Shown here one piece after another: positions 1-9,419 of a stretch of 37,649 nt of DNA (position 1 is its first letter; each line of letters begins with the position of its first letter). The DNA is taken from the NCBI GenBank assembly GCA_017507145.1, contig JAFWBJ010000005.1, forward strand, positions 1 through 37,649, in the 5' to 3' direction. A model generated the notes under the pieces. The model saw nothing but the letters and a program-made list of their open reading frames with translations. It was not told where the DNA came from and ran no database searches. Position numbers and translations under genes: made by a program. Origin of the DNA: Clostridia bacterium (lineage in GTDB: Bacteria; Bacillota; Clostridia; Oscillospirales; CAG-272).

Positions 1-896
1 ATCTCGCCGATGCAGCGCTGACGGGCCTCGACGGCCCCCCACGCCATGTGCGGGGTGAGGCAGACGTTGGGCAGTTCGCGGACGGCGTAGAGCGGGTGAT
101 CGGCCGGCATGGGCTCGACTGAATAGACATCGACGCCCAACCCGCCGATGTGGCCCTCGCGCAGAGCATCGGCCAGTGCAGCTTCGTCAGCCACGGCGCC
201 GCGCGCAACATTGACCAAAATCACGCCCGGCTTCATGGCGGCGATCCGCGCCCGGGAGATCAGCCCGCGCGTCTCGGCGTTCAGTGGCGTATGGACCGAA
301 ATGATGTCCGCTTCCCGGCAAAGCGTGTCGATGTCGACGGCAGGATAATCGGGATCGGGCTTGCGGCGGCAGACGATCACACGGCAGCCGAAGGCCTCGG
401 CGATGCGCGCTACCTTCTTGCCGATGTTGCCGGCGCCGATAATACCCCAGGTCTTGCCGGCCAACTCGCGGAAGGGGGGCGTCAGGCGGTTTGCCACACC
501 CGAGGCGGTATAAGCGCCGCTGCGCACATAGCTGCACATGGTGGGCAGGTGGAGCATCAGCTCCAGCACCATTGCCACGGTCAGCTGTGCCACGCTGTCG
601 GTCGAGTAGCCCAGCACGTTGCAGACGCCGATGCCCCGACTGCGGCAGTAAGTGATGTCAATGTTATCAAAGCCGGTTGCGGCTACGCAGATCAGCTTCA
701 GCGCACTGGCTTCAGCCAGATTATGCTCGCCCAGCTTGACTTTGTTGATGATAACGACCTGCGCATCGCGGATGCGGGCGGCAACCTCATCGGGAGCGGT
801 GTTGGCGTAAACGGTCAGATCGGCTTGGGCGGCCAGGGGGGAAAGGTCGATGTCATCCCCCAGTGTGGCGGCATCTAACACAACAGCGTTGATCAT
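1..896 (-). CDS. D-isomer-specific 2-hydroxyacid (glycerate-type) dehydrogenase, 3' end outside window
   Basis: Manual translation from ATG 896 (SD AGGAG at 903-907): [18 protein letters not shown]...ATGFDNID...GIIGAGNIG (Rossmann)...VNVARG...DVYSVEP...LTPHMAW. Not in the ORF track because it runs off the edge. Confidence 0.9.
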   Translation of the reverse strand, partial: MINAVVLDAATLGDDIDLSPLAAQADLTVYANTAPDEVAARIRDAQVVIINKVKLGEHNLAEASALKLICVAATGFDNIDITYCRSRGIGVCNVLGYSTDSVAQLTVAMVLELMLHLPTMCSYVRSGAYTASGVANRLTPPFRELAGKTWGIIGAGNIGKKVARIAEAFGCRVIVCRRKPDPDYPAVDIDTLCREADIISVHTPLNAETRGLISRARIAAMKPGVILVNVARGAVADEAALADALREGHIGGLGVDVYSVEPMPADHPLYAVRELPNVCLTPHMAWGAVEARQRCIGE

Positions 897-950
897 GGGA
901 ATCTCCTTTGCTTCAAACGTGCACACCGATGTGCGGTGCGATTTTTATCC

Positions 951-979
951 ATTATACCACAACGGGTCAGATTTGGCAA
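951..979 (-). promoter_or_regulatory. sigmaA-type promoter for the dehydrogenase
   Basis: Minus strand TTGCCA-N17-TATAAT with TG extended -10. Confidence 0.7.
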
Positions 980-1000
980 GGGCAATCTTCGGGGGAGGGA

Positions 1001-2293
1001 TTATTCCAGCCAACGGTTGATGGCGAAGCTTTGGTTGAGCACCAGCCACAGCTGTGGGAAATAGCGCATGATGTTCCAGACGCTCCCCCCGCGCAGCTGT
1101 TTCTCAGACAAAAGCCCAAGCTTGGCTGCGATGCTGCGGGCATCCTCAAAGTGCACGATGTGCTCGACCGGCTGGCCGTCAACGCGCACAAAATAGCGGT
1201 AATATGGCGATTGGGCGTTCTGATCAAAGGCAATGGCGGCATAGCGCTCACGCGCGCGGTCAACGGCAGCGGTGTTAGAGAGCGACTGAGCCCTCGATTC
1301 GCCGGCGACATAGGGGAGCGTCCAATCGTAGCCGTAGTTCGGGATGCCGAGGTTAAGCTTATCGGCCGGAATTTCGGTCAGCGCATAGTTGACGACCTCG
1401 CGGACGCGGTTGAGCGGCGCTACCGGCAGGGGCGGACCGTAGGTATATCCCCATTCGTAGGTCATCAGCAGTGCGGCATCGGCCGCAGCCCCCAGCGCGG
1501 CGTAATCGTGGCCTTCATACAGCAGCCCCGGCTGGTCGGCCGAAGTTTTGGGGGCCAGCGCAACGTAAACGCGGTATTCGGGTGCCAGCGCGGCGCGCAG
1601 ATCGCGGATGAACTGCGCATATGCGTCGGCGTAGATGCCGGGGATATATTCGAAATCGATGTCAACGCCGGCGTATTGCTTTTGCGGCAGAGTTTGCGCG
1701 ATATCGGCAATGAGCCGCTGCTGCTTGGCCGGATCGCGCAGCAGTTCGGCGGCCAGCTCGTTGCTGAAGGTGCCGGCCTCGGTCAGGGTGGAGACCAGCA
1801 TGATCGGCGCGACGCCGTAACTGCGGATGATGGAGATCAGCTCCTCGTCATCGATGTCGATCAGCGATCCGTCGTCCCGGATGCCATAAGTAAAGATGGT
1901 GAGACTGCTGAGATAGGGCAGGGTCTTGCGCAGAACGTCGCGGTCAATGTTGGGGTAGGCGTATCCGCCGACATCAATGCGGCCAAGCGTCGGCGGGGGC
2001 AGAGAAATAATCAGTTCTTGGCCGGGCGTGAGGGTGTTTTTTCCGCCCAGCTGGGGATTGTTTCGCCAAAGCTGATTGACCGTGATGCCAAAACGGGAGG
2101 CAACATCAAGTGCGCTTTCGCCCTGCGCAGCGGTGTATACGGCGGTGGGCTGCGTCAGCACCAGACTTTGCCCCACCACCAGCGCCGATGGATCGGTCAG
2201 CTCATTTTCGCGGATGATGCGTTCGGCCGGCAGGCCGAAGCGCCTGGCAATACCGTCCACCGTATCGCCCGATCTGACGGTGTAGATGATCAT
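1001..2293 (-). CDS. LysM-domain glycoside hydrolase family 18, spore cortex/germination hydrolase (YaaH/SleL/YdhD-like)
   Basis: Two N-terminal LysM repeats ([17 protein letters not shown]; [13 protein letters not shown]), GH18 motif [25 protein letters not shown]; SD AAAGGAG. Confidence 0.9.
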   Translation of the reverse strand: MIIYTVRSGDTVDGIARRFGLPAERIIRENELTDPSALVVGQSLVLTQPTAVYTAAQGESALDVASRFGITVNQLWRNNPQLGGKNTLTPGQELIISLPPPTLGRIDVGGYAYPNIDRDVLRKTLPYLSSLTIFTYGIRDDGSLIDIDDEELISIIRSYGVAPIMLVSTLTEAGTFSNELAAELLRDPAKQQRLIADIAQTLPQKQYAGVDIDFEYIPGIYADAYAQFIRDLRAALAPEYRVYVALAPKTSADQPGLLYEGHDYAALGAAADAALLMTYEWGYTYGPPLPVAPLNRVREVVNYALTEIPADKLNLGIPNYGYDWTLPYVAGESRAQSLSNTAAVDRARERYAAIAFDQNAQSPYYRYFVRVDGQPVEHIVHFEDARSIAAKLGLLSEKQLRGGSVWNIMRYFPQLWLVLNQSFAINRWLE

Positions 2294-2323
2294 TCACTCA
2301 CTCCTTTGCATGGTTTGCTATAC

Positions 2324-2351
2324 AGTTTATGTATCAGCCGGGCAAAGGGTG
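2324..2351 (-). promoter_or_regulatory. sigmaK-like (mother-cell) promoter for the LysM-GH18 gene
   Basis: Minus strand CACC-N16-CATAAACT matches mACm-N16-CATAnnnT; sigmaE cannot be excluded since the -10 elements are similar. Confidence 0.5.
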
Positions 2352-2381
2352 TGCCGGAAAAATCTGCACGGCGCGATTTTC

Positions 2382-2411
2382 GCATATTCCCTCTCTGCCC
2401 AGCCAATACTA
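2382..2411 (+). promoter_or_regulatory. sigmaG-like (forespore) promoter for enolase
   Basis: GCATA-N18-AATACTA, close to GHATA-N18-CATACTA. Confidence 0.5.
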
Positions 2412-2461
2412 CAAACAATCGCCCAAGCATGCTGGGGCGAACCAGAAAAGAGGTATTGACC

Positions 2462-3739
2462 ATGATGACCAAACCACAAATCTATCGCTGTTCCGGCCGG
2501 GAAATCCTGGATTCGCGGGGGAATCCGACCGTAGAAGCAACCGTTTTTCTGACCGACGGCACCGTTGGCGTGGCAAGTGTCCCCTCCGGGGCATCAACCG
2601 GCATCTTTGAAGCGCATGAGAAGCGGGATACCGACTCGCCCCGCTATGGCGGCAAAGGTGTGCGCGAAGCAGCGCGCGGGATCGCCTGCACCATTTCGCC
2701 CGCCCTTGAAGGGATGTACGCCTCCGACCAGGGGCAGATCGATGCCGTGATGCGCGAGCTGGACGGCACCGAGAATAAATCCTCCCTCGGCGCCAATGCC
2801 ATGTTAGCCGTCTCGCTGGCGGCTGCCCGTGCCGCCGCCAATTTCTACGGTCTGCCCATCTTCCGCTACCTTGGTGGACTGGATGCCGCACGGCTGCCGG
2901 TGCCAATGATGAACATCCTCAACGGCGGTGCGCATGCGGCCAATAATATCGATATTCAAGAGTTTATGATCCTGCCCGTCGGCGCCGGCTGCTTTGCTGA
3001 GGGTCTGCGCATGGGGGCAGAGGTTTATCACACGCTCGGCCGCTTGCTCAAGCGGGAAGGCCATGCCACGACGGTCGGTGACGAGGGCGGCTATGCGCCT
3101 AACCTTGATTCGGACGAAATGGCGCTGGAGCTGATTTGCCGTTCCATCGAGGAGGCGGGGTACGACCAGAGCGTGATCAAGCTTGCGCTGGATGCAGCGG
3201 CAAGCGAGTGGTGCGTCGATGCTGCGAAAGGGAAGTATCGCCTGCCCAAGCGGGGCACCGAGCTGAGCGCCGATGCGCTGATCGACCGCTGGGAGAAGCT
3301 GTGGTCAAGCTATCCCATCGTCTCGCTGGAGGATGGGCTGGACCAGCAGGATATGGCGGGCTGGGTCAAACTGACCGAACGCCTGGGCAACCGCATGATG
3401 CTGGTCGGTGATGATCTGTTCGTGACCAACACGGCGCGTCTGCGCGAAGGCATCGCACAGGGGGCGGGGAATGCAATTCTGATCAAGCCCAATCAGATCG
3501 GTACGCTCAGCGAAACACTCGACGTTGTGCGAACCGCCGCTGAGCATCATTATCGCTTTATTCTCTCCCACCGCTCGGGCGAGACCGAGGACACAACGCT
3601 CGCCGACCTCGCGGTTGCCCTCAACGCACCGTATATCAAAACCGGCGCGCCCTGCCGCAGTGAGCGGGTTGCCAAATATAACCGTTTGCTGCGCATTGAA
3701 TCCGCTCTCGGCGGTAAGGCAGCCTACGGCGGATATTAA
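2462..3739 (+). CDS. eno: Enolase (phosphopyruvate hydratase)
   Basis: [86 protein letters not shown]; start reassigned to ATG 2462 after SD AGAGGT. Confidence 0.95.
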   Translation: MMTKPQIYRCSGREILDSRGNPTVEATVFLTDGTVGVASVPSGASTGIFEAHEKRDTDSPRYGGKGVREAARGIACTISPALEGMYASDQGQIDAVMRELDGTENKSSLGANAMLAVSLAAARAAANFYGLPIFRYLGGLDAARLPVPMMNILNGGAHAANNIDIQEFMILPVGAGCFAEGLRMGAEVYHTLGRLLKREGHATTVGDEGGYAPNLDSDEMALELICRSIEEAGYDQSVIKLALDAAASEWCVDAAKGKYRLPKRGTELSADALIDRWEKLWSSYPIVSLEDGLDQQDMAGWVKLTERLGNRMMLVGDDLFVTNTARLREGIAQGAGNAILIKPNQIGTLSETLDVVRTAAEHHYRFILSHRSGETEDTTLADLAVALNAPYIKTGAPCRSERVAKYNRLLRIESALGGKAAYGGY

Positions 3740-3741
3740 AG

Positions 3742-3783
3742 AGAAAATCCCGCGCTCACCGAGCGCGGGATTTTCTTGGTTTT
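3742..3783 (+). terminator. Intrinsic terminator after eno
   Basis: AGAAAATCCCGCGCTC-ACC-GAGCGCGGGATTTTCT perfect 16-bp stem with T-rich tail. Confidence 0.85.
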
Positions 3784-3848
3784 ATGGCGAAAGGCAGTCA
3801 ACAAACCGCCTCCTGCATCGAATGCTGCAAGGATTTTGGGAAAATAAC

Positions 3849-3877
3849 TTGACAGAACGATTGTTCTGTGATAAAAT
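3849..3877 (+). promoter_or_regulatory. sigmaA promoter with LexA/SOS-type operator in the spacer
   Basis: TTGACA-N17-TAAAAT with TG extension; spacer holds GAAC-GATT-GTTC (3855-3866) inside ACAGAAC-N4-GTTCTGT. Confidence 0.75.
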
Positions 3878-3954
3878 AAAAGGACAAGTATCGAAAAATG
3901 TATACCTATCCATATTACAATATTATTGTATCACAAAACTGGGAGGAAGTCAAG

Positions 3955-4581
3955 ATGAAAAGCGAATTGTTTACAATTTATTCACAAAACCCGCTTTCCG
4001 TTGCCGCATTGTCGGCGATCAGCGAGGGGAATGCGGCCGAATTGCTGCTGGCGGCGAATGCCGACACCGCACCGCATGGCCTGGTATTGACCGAAGCCGA
4101 AGCGCGTGCGGTGGTCGAAGCGCAGCAGGTTTCGCTGATGAGTGCAGGCCGCCTTGACTTTTCGGGAACTCTCCCTGCGAAGATTGCGCGCGCCTTTTGC
4201 GATTCCCCATACATCCATCAAGCCGACTGGGCCGAGACGATCTCTGTGCTGATTGATCTCTTCTATGACATCAAAAACACCTATGATGCGTCCGATACAG
4301 CCGGACGAACGGCTTACGCGCTCGCGGATGATGCACTGCTCGCCCGGATGCGCCGCTGGTTTGACGATCCCGCCTGCGGCTCACTTGCGCGGCTGGGCGA
4401 TCTGCTGCAGGCGATGGCCGAACGTCTGCGCTGGGGCTTTTCGGCCGACGAACCCGATCGGCGGGGCATCGCGCTGTATGGCCTCGACACGCGCGCATGG
4501 CTTGAGGAGCGCGATCTGCGCGAGGATTTTTTCGATCAATCTGCTGAATTTTCGGTATCCGATCTCCTCGGCGCCGATTGA
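3955..4581 (+). CDS. Uncharacterised protein, DUF6323-like
   Basis: ATG 3955 after GGAGG; motifs GLVLTEAEA, GRLDF, AFCDSPYI, LIDLFYDIKN, which I recall from DUF6323 proteins. Confidence 0.7.
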   Translation: MKSELFTIYSQNPLSVAALSAISEGNAAELLLAANADTAPHGLVLTEAEARAVVEAQQVSLMSAGRLDFSGTLPAKIARAFCDSPYIHQADWAETISVLIDLFYDIKNTYDASDTAGRTAYALADDALLARMRRWFDDPACGSLARLGDLLQAMAERLRWGFSADEPDRRGIALYGLDTRAWLEERDLREDFFDQSAEFSVSDLLGAD

Positions 4582-4595
4582 GAGGGGGACTACTT

Positions 4596-5420
4596 ATGCA
4601 TGAAATCATTCGTCCCGGCGTGATCAATCCTGCCGAGCTGTGTGAAGAAGATTATCTGCGCACGCTGATCGGTGCCGCTGTGCGCACCGGCGGTATCGAC
4701 CGACACGACATGGTCCGCCTGGCCGATCAGTTTTTGTATCTGCTTGCTGCCGAGGCGGGGGAGTTTACCCAGCATACCAGCACCTCGCTTCCAACCGAGC
4801 AGGTCGATCAGCTTTACGCCTCGATCTGCTACACCGTCAGCCTCGCGCTGATGCCGCTTTCACCCGACGATGCCGTTGCTCGTCTGCGCGGTGTACCGCT
4901 GAAGGAAATCTTCATGGCCGGGCGAGGTGTGTTGGATCAAAAGATCCGTGCGGTTTCACGCTTCATGCCGATCCTGCGGGCATCGGCCATCGAGGTTGAG
5001 CATGCGCCCTACCGGTTTGTCTGCCAGCACGCTGATCGGGCTTTCTTTCGGGGGTATAACAGCCGCTTTGCCGCTCATGCGCTGGATTGGATACCGGCCT
5101 ATCTCCCCTGCCTGCCGCTGACGCGAGCGGGCGGGATCCTTTATCTGCGGGCCTATCTGCAGGCACTGCATACCGAGAATCTGATCTGCCGTGCGGCACC
5201 GAGTGCGCTGTTTGGCCGTTTATCCGAGCGTCATCCGAGCGGGACGCCGACGGGGGGCGAGCTGGCTGACCATAATCTCTGTGCCCTTCTGCTCGACAGC
5301 CTTGCCGCGCATACTGCGCCCAACGCGGTAATCGATCGCCTTGGCCTGCGCGGAAGGGCGGCGGATTATGCACGGCGGTACTATCTGGATTTTGCGGCAC
5401 CCGCCGAGAAAAAGGGATGA
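4596..5420 (+). CDS. Uncharacterised protein, DUF6179-like
   Basis: ATG 4596 after GAGGGGG; STSLPTEQVDQLYASICY, FFRGYNSRFAAH, GILYLRAYLQALHTEN, which I recall from DUF6179 proteins; 14 bp after the previous gene. Confidence 0.7.
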   Translation: MHEIIRPGVINPAELCEEDYLRTLIGAAVRTGGIDRHDMVRLADQFLYLLAAEAGEFTQHTSTSLPTEQVDQLYASICYTVSLALMPLSPDDAVARLRGVPLKEIFMAGRGVLDQKIRAVSRFMPILRASAIEVEHAPYRFVCQHADRAFFRGYNSRFAAHALDWIPAYLPCLPLTRAGGILYLRAYLQALHTENLICRAAPSALFGRLSERHPSGTPTGGELADHNLCALLLDSLAAHTAPNAVIDRLGLRGRAADYARRYYLDFAAPAEKKG

Positions 5421-5433
5421 TTTTTCCGATACC

Positions 5434-5462
5434 TTGACAGCGGGGCGGATATTTGATATAAT
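5434..5462 (+). promoter_or_regulatory. Consensus sigmaA promoter for the holB operon
   Basis: TTGACA-N17-TATAAT with TG extension. Confidence 0.85.
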
Positions 5463-5493
5463 ATAATGGAGACTATCCAAAGGAGGGCTGGAT

Positions 5494-6522
5494 TTGCGCA
5501 GATACTTTTCTGATTTGATCGGCAACGATACCCTTTGCGCACGTCTGGGCGCCGAATTGGAAGAAGGGCGGCTGTCCCATGCCTATCTGATCGTAGGACC
5601 GCCCGGCTCGGGCAAGCATACGCTGGCCCGTTGTCTCGCGGCGGCACTTGCCTGTGAAGCGCGGGAGACGGCAGATGCGGTCCCCTGCGGAAAATGCGCC
5701 GCATGTCAATCGATTTTAGCTGACCGCGATCCCGATGTGATCAGCATCAGCCGCGGTGAGCGTATGACGCTGGGGGTCGAGCAGCTGCGCGAAATGATGG
5801 AGGAGCTGTACATCGCGCCAAACTGGCATGAGGATAAGATCTACATCATCGAAGATGCACAGACCATGACGGCGCAGGCGCAGAACGCGCTGTTGATTGC
5901 GTTGGAGGAGCCCCCTCCGCATGTGCGCTTTTTTCTGCTCTGCACCGACCCCGATGCCATGCTGGAAACGGTTCGCAGCCGCGCACAGATGCTCCGGATG
6001 GCCTACATTCTGCCCGAGCAGATGCGCGATTGGCTTTGCCGGCATGACCGGCGGGTGGCGGCACTGGCTGAGTCAAATCCAGAAGAGTTTGCCGCGATCA
6101 CGCTGACGGCGGACGGCAGCATCGGCGCGGCGCTGGGCTTGCTTGATGCAAGACGGCGCAAACCGGTGATGGCCCGGCGCGAGCAGGCGGAGCAGCTTTT
6201 GCGGCTTTTCACCGCCCGCCACACCCCGACGGAGGTACTGGCTGCGATTCATGCGCTTCCCCAGAAGCGGGACGAAGCCGCAGCGCTGTTGAATTTGGCC
6301 GCCCTTGGTGCCCGCGATCTGCTGGCCATCAAGCGTGCGCCCGAATGCAGACTTTGCTTTTATATCAACCGCGAAACGGTGCAGACCATGGCCGAACAGA
6401 TTTCGGTCGCTGCGCTGCTTCGCCTGCAGGATGCCATTGCGGCCGCGCAGACAGCGCTTGAACGCAATGCCAATTTGCGCATCACCTGGCTGACCTTTGC
6501 CCAGAGTACGGGCTTGCTGTGA
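5494..6522 (+). CDS. holB: DNA polymerase III delta' subunit
   Basis: LSHAYLIVGPPGSGK, zinc motif PCGKCAAC, AQNALLIALEEPP, LETVRSR; TTG start after AAGGAGG; directly upstream of yaaT. Confidence 0.9.
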   Translation: MRRYFSDLIGNDTLCARLGAELEEGRLSHAYLIVGPPGSGKHTLARCLAAALACEARETADAVPCGKCAACQSILADRDPDVISISRGERMTLGVEQLREMMEELYIAPNWHEDKIYIIEDAQTMTAQAQNALLIALEEPPPHVRFFLLCTDPDAMLETVRSRAQMLRMAYILPEQMRDWLCRHDRRVAALAESNPEEFAAITLTADGSIGAALGLLDARRRKPVMARREQAEQLLRLFTARHTPTEVLAAIHALPQKRDEAAALLNLAALGARDLLAIKRAPECRLCFYINRETVQTMAEQISVAALLRLQDAIAAAQTALERNANLRITWLTFAQSTGLL

Positions 6523-6576
6523 TGCAGAATGAATGTGAGAAAGGAAGCCTCCTTTGGGGAGGCTTGGTGATCGGAT

Positions 6577-7779
6577 ATGCAAGACGAAAACAAGAAGAGT
6601 AATCCTCGCACGGCTGACAAGAGCGCACAGGGCGAACAGGCATCGGGCGAGCGAAAGACCCACCGCGGTTCGCGCGGCGGACGGGGGCGCGGTGGACGCG
6701 GACGCGGCGGGCGAGGCCGAAACGGCCAGCGCAAGCCACGCACCGATGCACCGCGTTCCGAAATACCCGAAGCGCCCGAACTGCAGCAGACCAAAGCGCC
6801 GGCAAAGGAGCCGGAGACTCTGGTGCGTCCGGCAGAAGCGCTCGCAACTGAGGTAGAGCTTTCCGAGCAGGCACTGCGTTTGCTTGAGGATGAGGAGACC
6901 GCCGCGCGGGTGCAGCCGCCGGAGAACCCGGTTGAGGTCATTGGCGTGCGCTTCAAGACGGCGGGCAAGGTCTATTATTTTGACCCGTGCGGAATCCAGG
7001 CGCCAAAGAACAGTTACGTTGTCGTTGAGACGGCGCGCGGAACCGAGTTCGGTCAGGTCGCGCTGGGCAATAAGATCGTGGATGCGGCACAGATCGTGCC
7101 CCCGCTCCGCCCCGTTCTGCGTGCGGCCACGGCTGAAGATCAGGCGAAGAACGAGGAGAACCGGCGCAAGGAGAAGGAAGCTTTCCGGATCTGTCAGGAG
7201 AAGATCGCCGAGCATGGTCTGGAGATGAAGCTGGTCGATGTGGAATACACCTTTGACCGCTCTAAGCTACTTTTCTACTTCACCTCCGAGGGGCGTGTCG
7301 ATTTCCGCGATCTGGTCAAGCACCTCGCGTCCATCTTCCGCACCCGCATTGAACTGCGCCAGATCGGTATCCGCGATGAGGCGAAGCTGATGGGCGGCCT
7401 CGGCATCTGCGGCCGGCCGCTGTGCTGTGCGTCGTTCCTGTCGGATTTTGTGCAGGTGTCGATCAAGATGGCTAAGGAGCAGAGCCTGTCGCTTAACTCG
7501 ACCAAGATCTCGGGCGTCTGCGGCCGTCTGATGTGCTGCCTGCGCTACGAGAGTGAGGTCTACGAAGAGGAGCTCCGCCGGTCGCCGGCAGTTGATGCGA
7601 TTGTGCGCACGCCTGACGGGACCGGTGTGGTGACCGAGGTCAACCCGCTGGTCGGTACGGTGCGTGTCCGCTTCCCCGAAAATACGCCGCCGCCGAAGCT
7701 CTACCCCCGCGATGAGGTCAAAGTGATCGGCCGGGCAGGGAAGGGCGGACGTCCGGACGAGATTCACGAGGATGCATAA
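6577..7779 (+). CDS. yaaT: PSP1-family stage 0 sporulation protein RicT/YaaT with long N-terminal extension
   Basis: VIGVRFKTAGKVYYF, FYFTSEGRVDFRDLV, RIELRQIGIRDEA, GICGRPLCC, KISGVCGRLMCCLRYE. Confidence 0.92.
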   Translation: MQDENKKSNPRTADKSAQGEQASGERKTHRGSRGGRGRGGRGRGGRGRNGQRKPRTDAPRSEIPEAPELQQTKAPAKEPETLVRPAEALATEVELSEQALRLLEDEETAARVQPPENPVEVIGVRFKTAGKVYYFDPCGIQAPKNSYVVVETARGTEFGQVALGNKIVDAAQIVPPLRPVLRAATAEDQAKNEENRRKEKEAFRICQEKIAEHGLEMKLVDVEYTFDRSKLLFYFTSEGRVDFRDLVKHLASIFRTRIELRQIGIRDEAKLMGGLGICGRPLCCASFLSDFVQVSIKMAKEQSLSLNSTKISGVCGRLMCCLRYESEVYEEELRRSPAVDAIVRTPDGTGVVTEVNPLVGTVRVRFPENTPPPKLYPRDEVKVIGRAGKGGRPDEIHEDA

Positions 7780-8815
7780 GCACTGCCTTGTGCTCGAGGG
7801 GGGCGCGGCGCGCTATCCCGCTGTGGATTTTCTGCGCGGCTTTTCCATCTTTACCGTGGTGCTGATGCACCTGCTGCAAAGTTTCGTTCCCTCTCTGCCA
7901 ACGTTGCTCTACCAGGCGGCCGCACTGGGCGGGACCGGTGCACATGTCTTCCTTTTTTGCTCCGGATTTGGGCTGTTCTATTCCTATCTGCGTGCCCCCG
8001 TATCGCTGGGCAGCTTCTTTTCGCGCCGCTTTGGACGGGTTTACTGCGCCTATCTGCCGGTTGTGTTGGTCTCGGCGCTCGTTCCTTCTCTTTATGCCGG
8101 CGCTGACCGGTTGGGGGCGCTGCTGTCCCATGTACTGCTGTACAAAATGTTCGTGCCCCGGTATGCCGAGAGTTTCGGGATGCAGTTCTGGTTCGTCTCG
8201 ACCATTCTGCAGCTCTACCTGCTCTTCATTCCGCTCTGCCTTTTGCGCAGACGGATGGGCGGGATGCGCCGCCTGGTTTGGCTGGCGCTCGGGCTGAGCG
8301 TGGGCTGGTGGGTTTTCCTTGCTGTGACAGGCCTTTATGTCGAGCGCATCTGGAACAGCTTTTGCCTGCAGTTCCTCTGGGAATTTGTCCTCGGCATGGC
8401 GGTGGCGGAGCATTTGCACGGCGGTGGCAGGATCTGCCTGCGGCGGGGGACCCTGGCGCTGACGGCAGTGCTCGGCCTTGGCTTGCAGGCCGGTATTTCG
8501 CTGTGGGGCGGCTATCCCCTGCGGCTTTTCAATGATCTGCCCTCGCTCTTTGGTTACGGTGCCCTGGTGCTTTTGCTGTATCACGTTGCCGGTAATGCGA
8601 TCCGTCGCCTCTTCGGGGCCCTCTCGCGGATGGCGTATGCCTGGTATCTGACGCATTTTCTGGTCTTTACGCTTGTCTTCACCTGCTGCCCGGACGGAAT
8701 CGCGGCAGAGCTTGGCTTTGGCTTCGCGGCCTTCGCACTGAGTCTGCTTGCGGCATGGGGATACAGCGCGCTACTTTCGGTTTGGATGCCGAAACAGAAG
8801 GAGAAACGCATATGA
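7772..8815 (+). CDS. Membrane acyltransferase family 3 (OafA/YrhL-like)
   Basis: DFLRGFSIFTVVLMH, FLFCSGFGL, FFSRRFGR, WFVSTILQLY, YAWYLTH; multiple hydrophobic segments. Confidence 0.85.
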   Translation: MHKHCLVLEGGAARYPAVDFLRGFSIFTVVLMHLLQSFVPSLPTLLYQAAALGGTGAHVFLFCSGFGLFYSYLRAPVSLGSFFSRRFGRVYCAYLPVVLVSALVPSLYAGADRLGALLSHVLLYKMFVPRYAESFGMQFWFVSTILQLYLLFIPLCLLRRRMGGMRRLVWLALGLSVGWWVFLAVTGLYVERIWNSFCLQFLWEFVLGMAVAEHLHGGGRICLRRGTLALTAVLGLGLQAGISLWGGYPLRLFNDLPSLFGYGALVLLLYHVAGNAIRRLFGALSRMAYAWYLTHFLVFTLVFTCCPDGIAAELGFGFAAFALSLLAAWGYSALLSVWMPKQKEKRI

Positions 8816-9129
8816 AAAAGCTTTTTCTTGCCGTCGGCATCGGCAGCGTCGTGCTTGGCGTAGTCGCGCTGATCGTGCTGATCGTCCAGCCGCTGGTTGC
8901 GATCTGCACGGCGGCGGGGTTGATTCTGTCGGGCAGCTTGATGATCGCCGTGGGCGACCTGCTCGGCCGTGTCGATTACCTTGAGCGCCAGCTGGGGCTC
9001 TATGCTCCCGATGATGACGCCGCTGACCCCGATCTGCCCCAGCGCAAATGCGCAAAATGCGGCCGCACCTACGATTTTGACTATCCCCGATGCCCGCATT
9101 GCGGCGCTGATACAGCGAAAGACAGCTGA
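8812..9129 (+). CDS. Small membrane protein with C-terminal zinc ribbon
   Basis: ATG 8812 after AGGAG, ATGA overlap with upstream stop; two hydrophobic helices then CAKC-x9-CPHC. Confidence 0.75.
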   Translation: MKKLFLAVGIGSVVLGVVALIVLIVQPLVAICTAAGLILSGSLMIAVGDLLGRVDYLERQLGLYAPDDDAADPDLPQRKCAKCGRTYDFDYPRCPHCGADTAKDS

Positions 9130-9164
9130 GGAAAAAATATTTTCAGCTTTTTTGCAAAAAGGGT

Positions 9165-9193
9165 TTGCATTTTTGCGCAAACCGTGATACAAT
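9165..9193 (+). promoter_or_regulatory. sigmaA promoter for ferredoxin
   Basis: TTGCAT-N17-TACAAT with TG extension and AT-rich upstream tract. Confidence 0.7.
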
Positions 9194-9223
9194 ATAAGAA
9201 ATCATATATGGAGGTATCTACCC

Positions 9224-9394
9224 ATGGCATACAAGATTTCCGACGATTGCCTCGGCTGCGGTGCTTGCGCTGACGAATGTCCCGTAAACGCCATCAGCGA
9301 GAAGGACGGCAAGTACGTCATCAACGCCGATGAGTGTGTTGAGTGTGGCGCATGCGCAGGTGTTTGCCCTGTTGAGGCGCCCAAGCAGGACTAA
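9224..9394 (+). CDS. fdx: 2[4Fe-4S] clostridial-type ferredoxin (56 aa)
   Basis: Manual translation [56 protein letters not shown]; two CxxCxxCxxxCP motifs; SD GGAGGT. Below the ORF-track cutoff. Confidence 0.95.
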   Translation: MAYKISDDCLGCGACADECPVNAISEKDGKYVINADECVECGACAGVCPVEAPKQD

Positions 9395-9419
9395 TTTCGA
9401 TTAGTACATATGCTTGTCC

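Noticed and set aside
908-2461. 518-aa N-terminal extension making a 943-aa enolase fusion
   Set aside because: Mostly the antisense shadow of the LysM-GH18 gene; enolase similarity, SD and promoter all point to ATG 2462.
6545-6565. Hairpin AAGCCTCC-TTTGG-GGAGGCTT hiding a GGAGG upstream of yaaT
   Set aside because: That GGAGG is 14 nt from the ATG, while GGTGATC just outside the hairpin can act as SD; no good case for translational control.
6661-6720. Short GC-rich repeats as CRISPR or VNTR
   Set aside because: Degenerate codons for Arg-Gly-Gly; no repeat-spacer structure and no cas genes.
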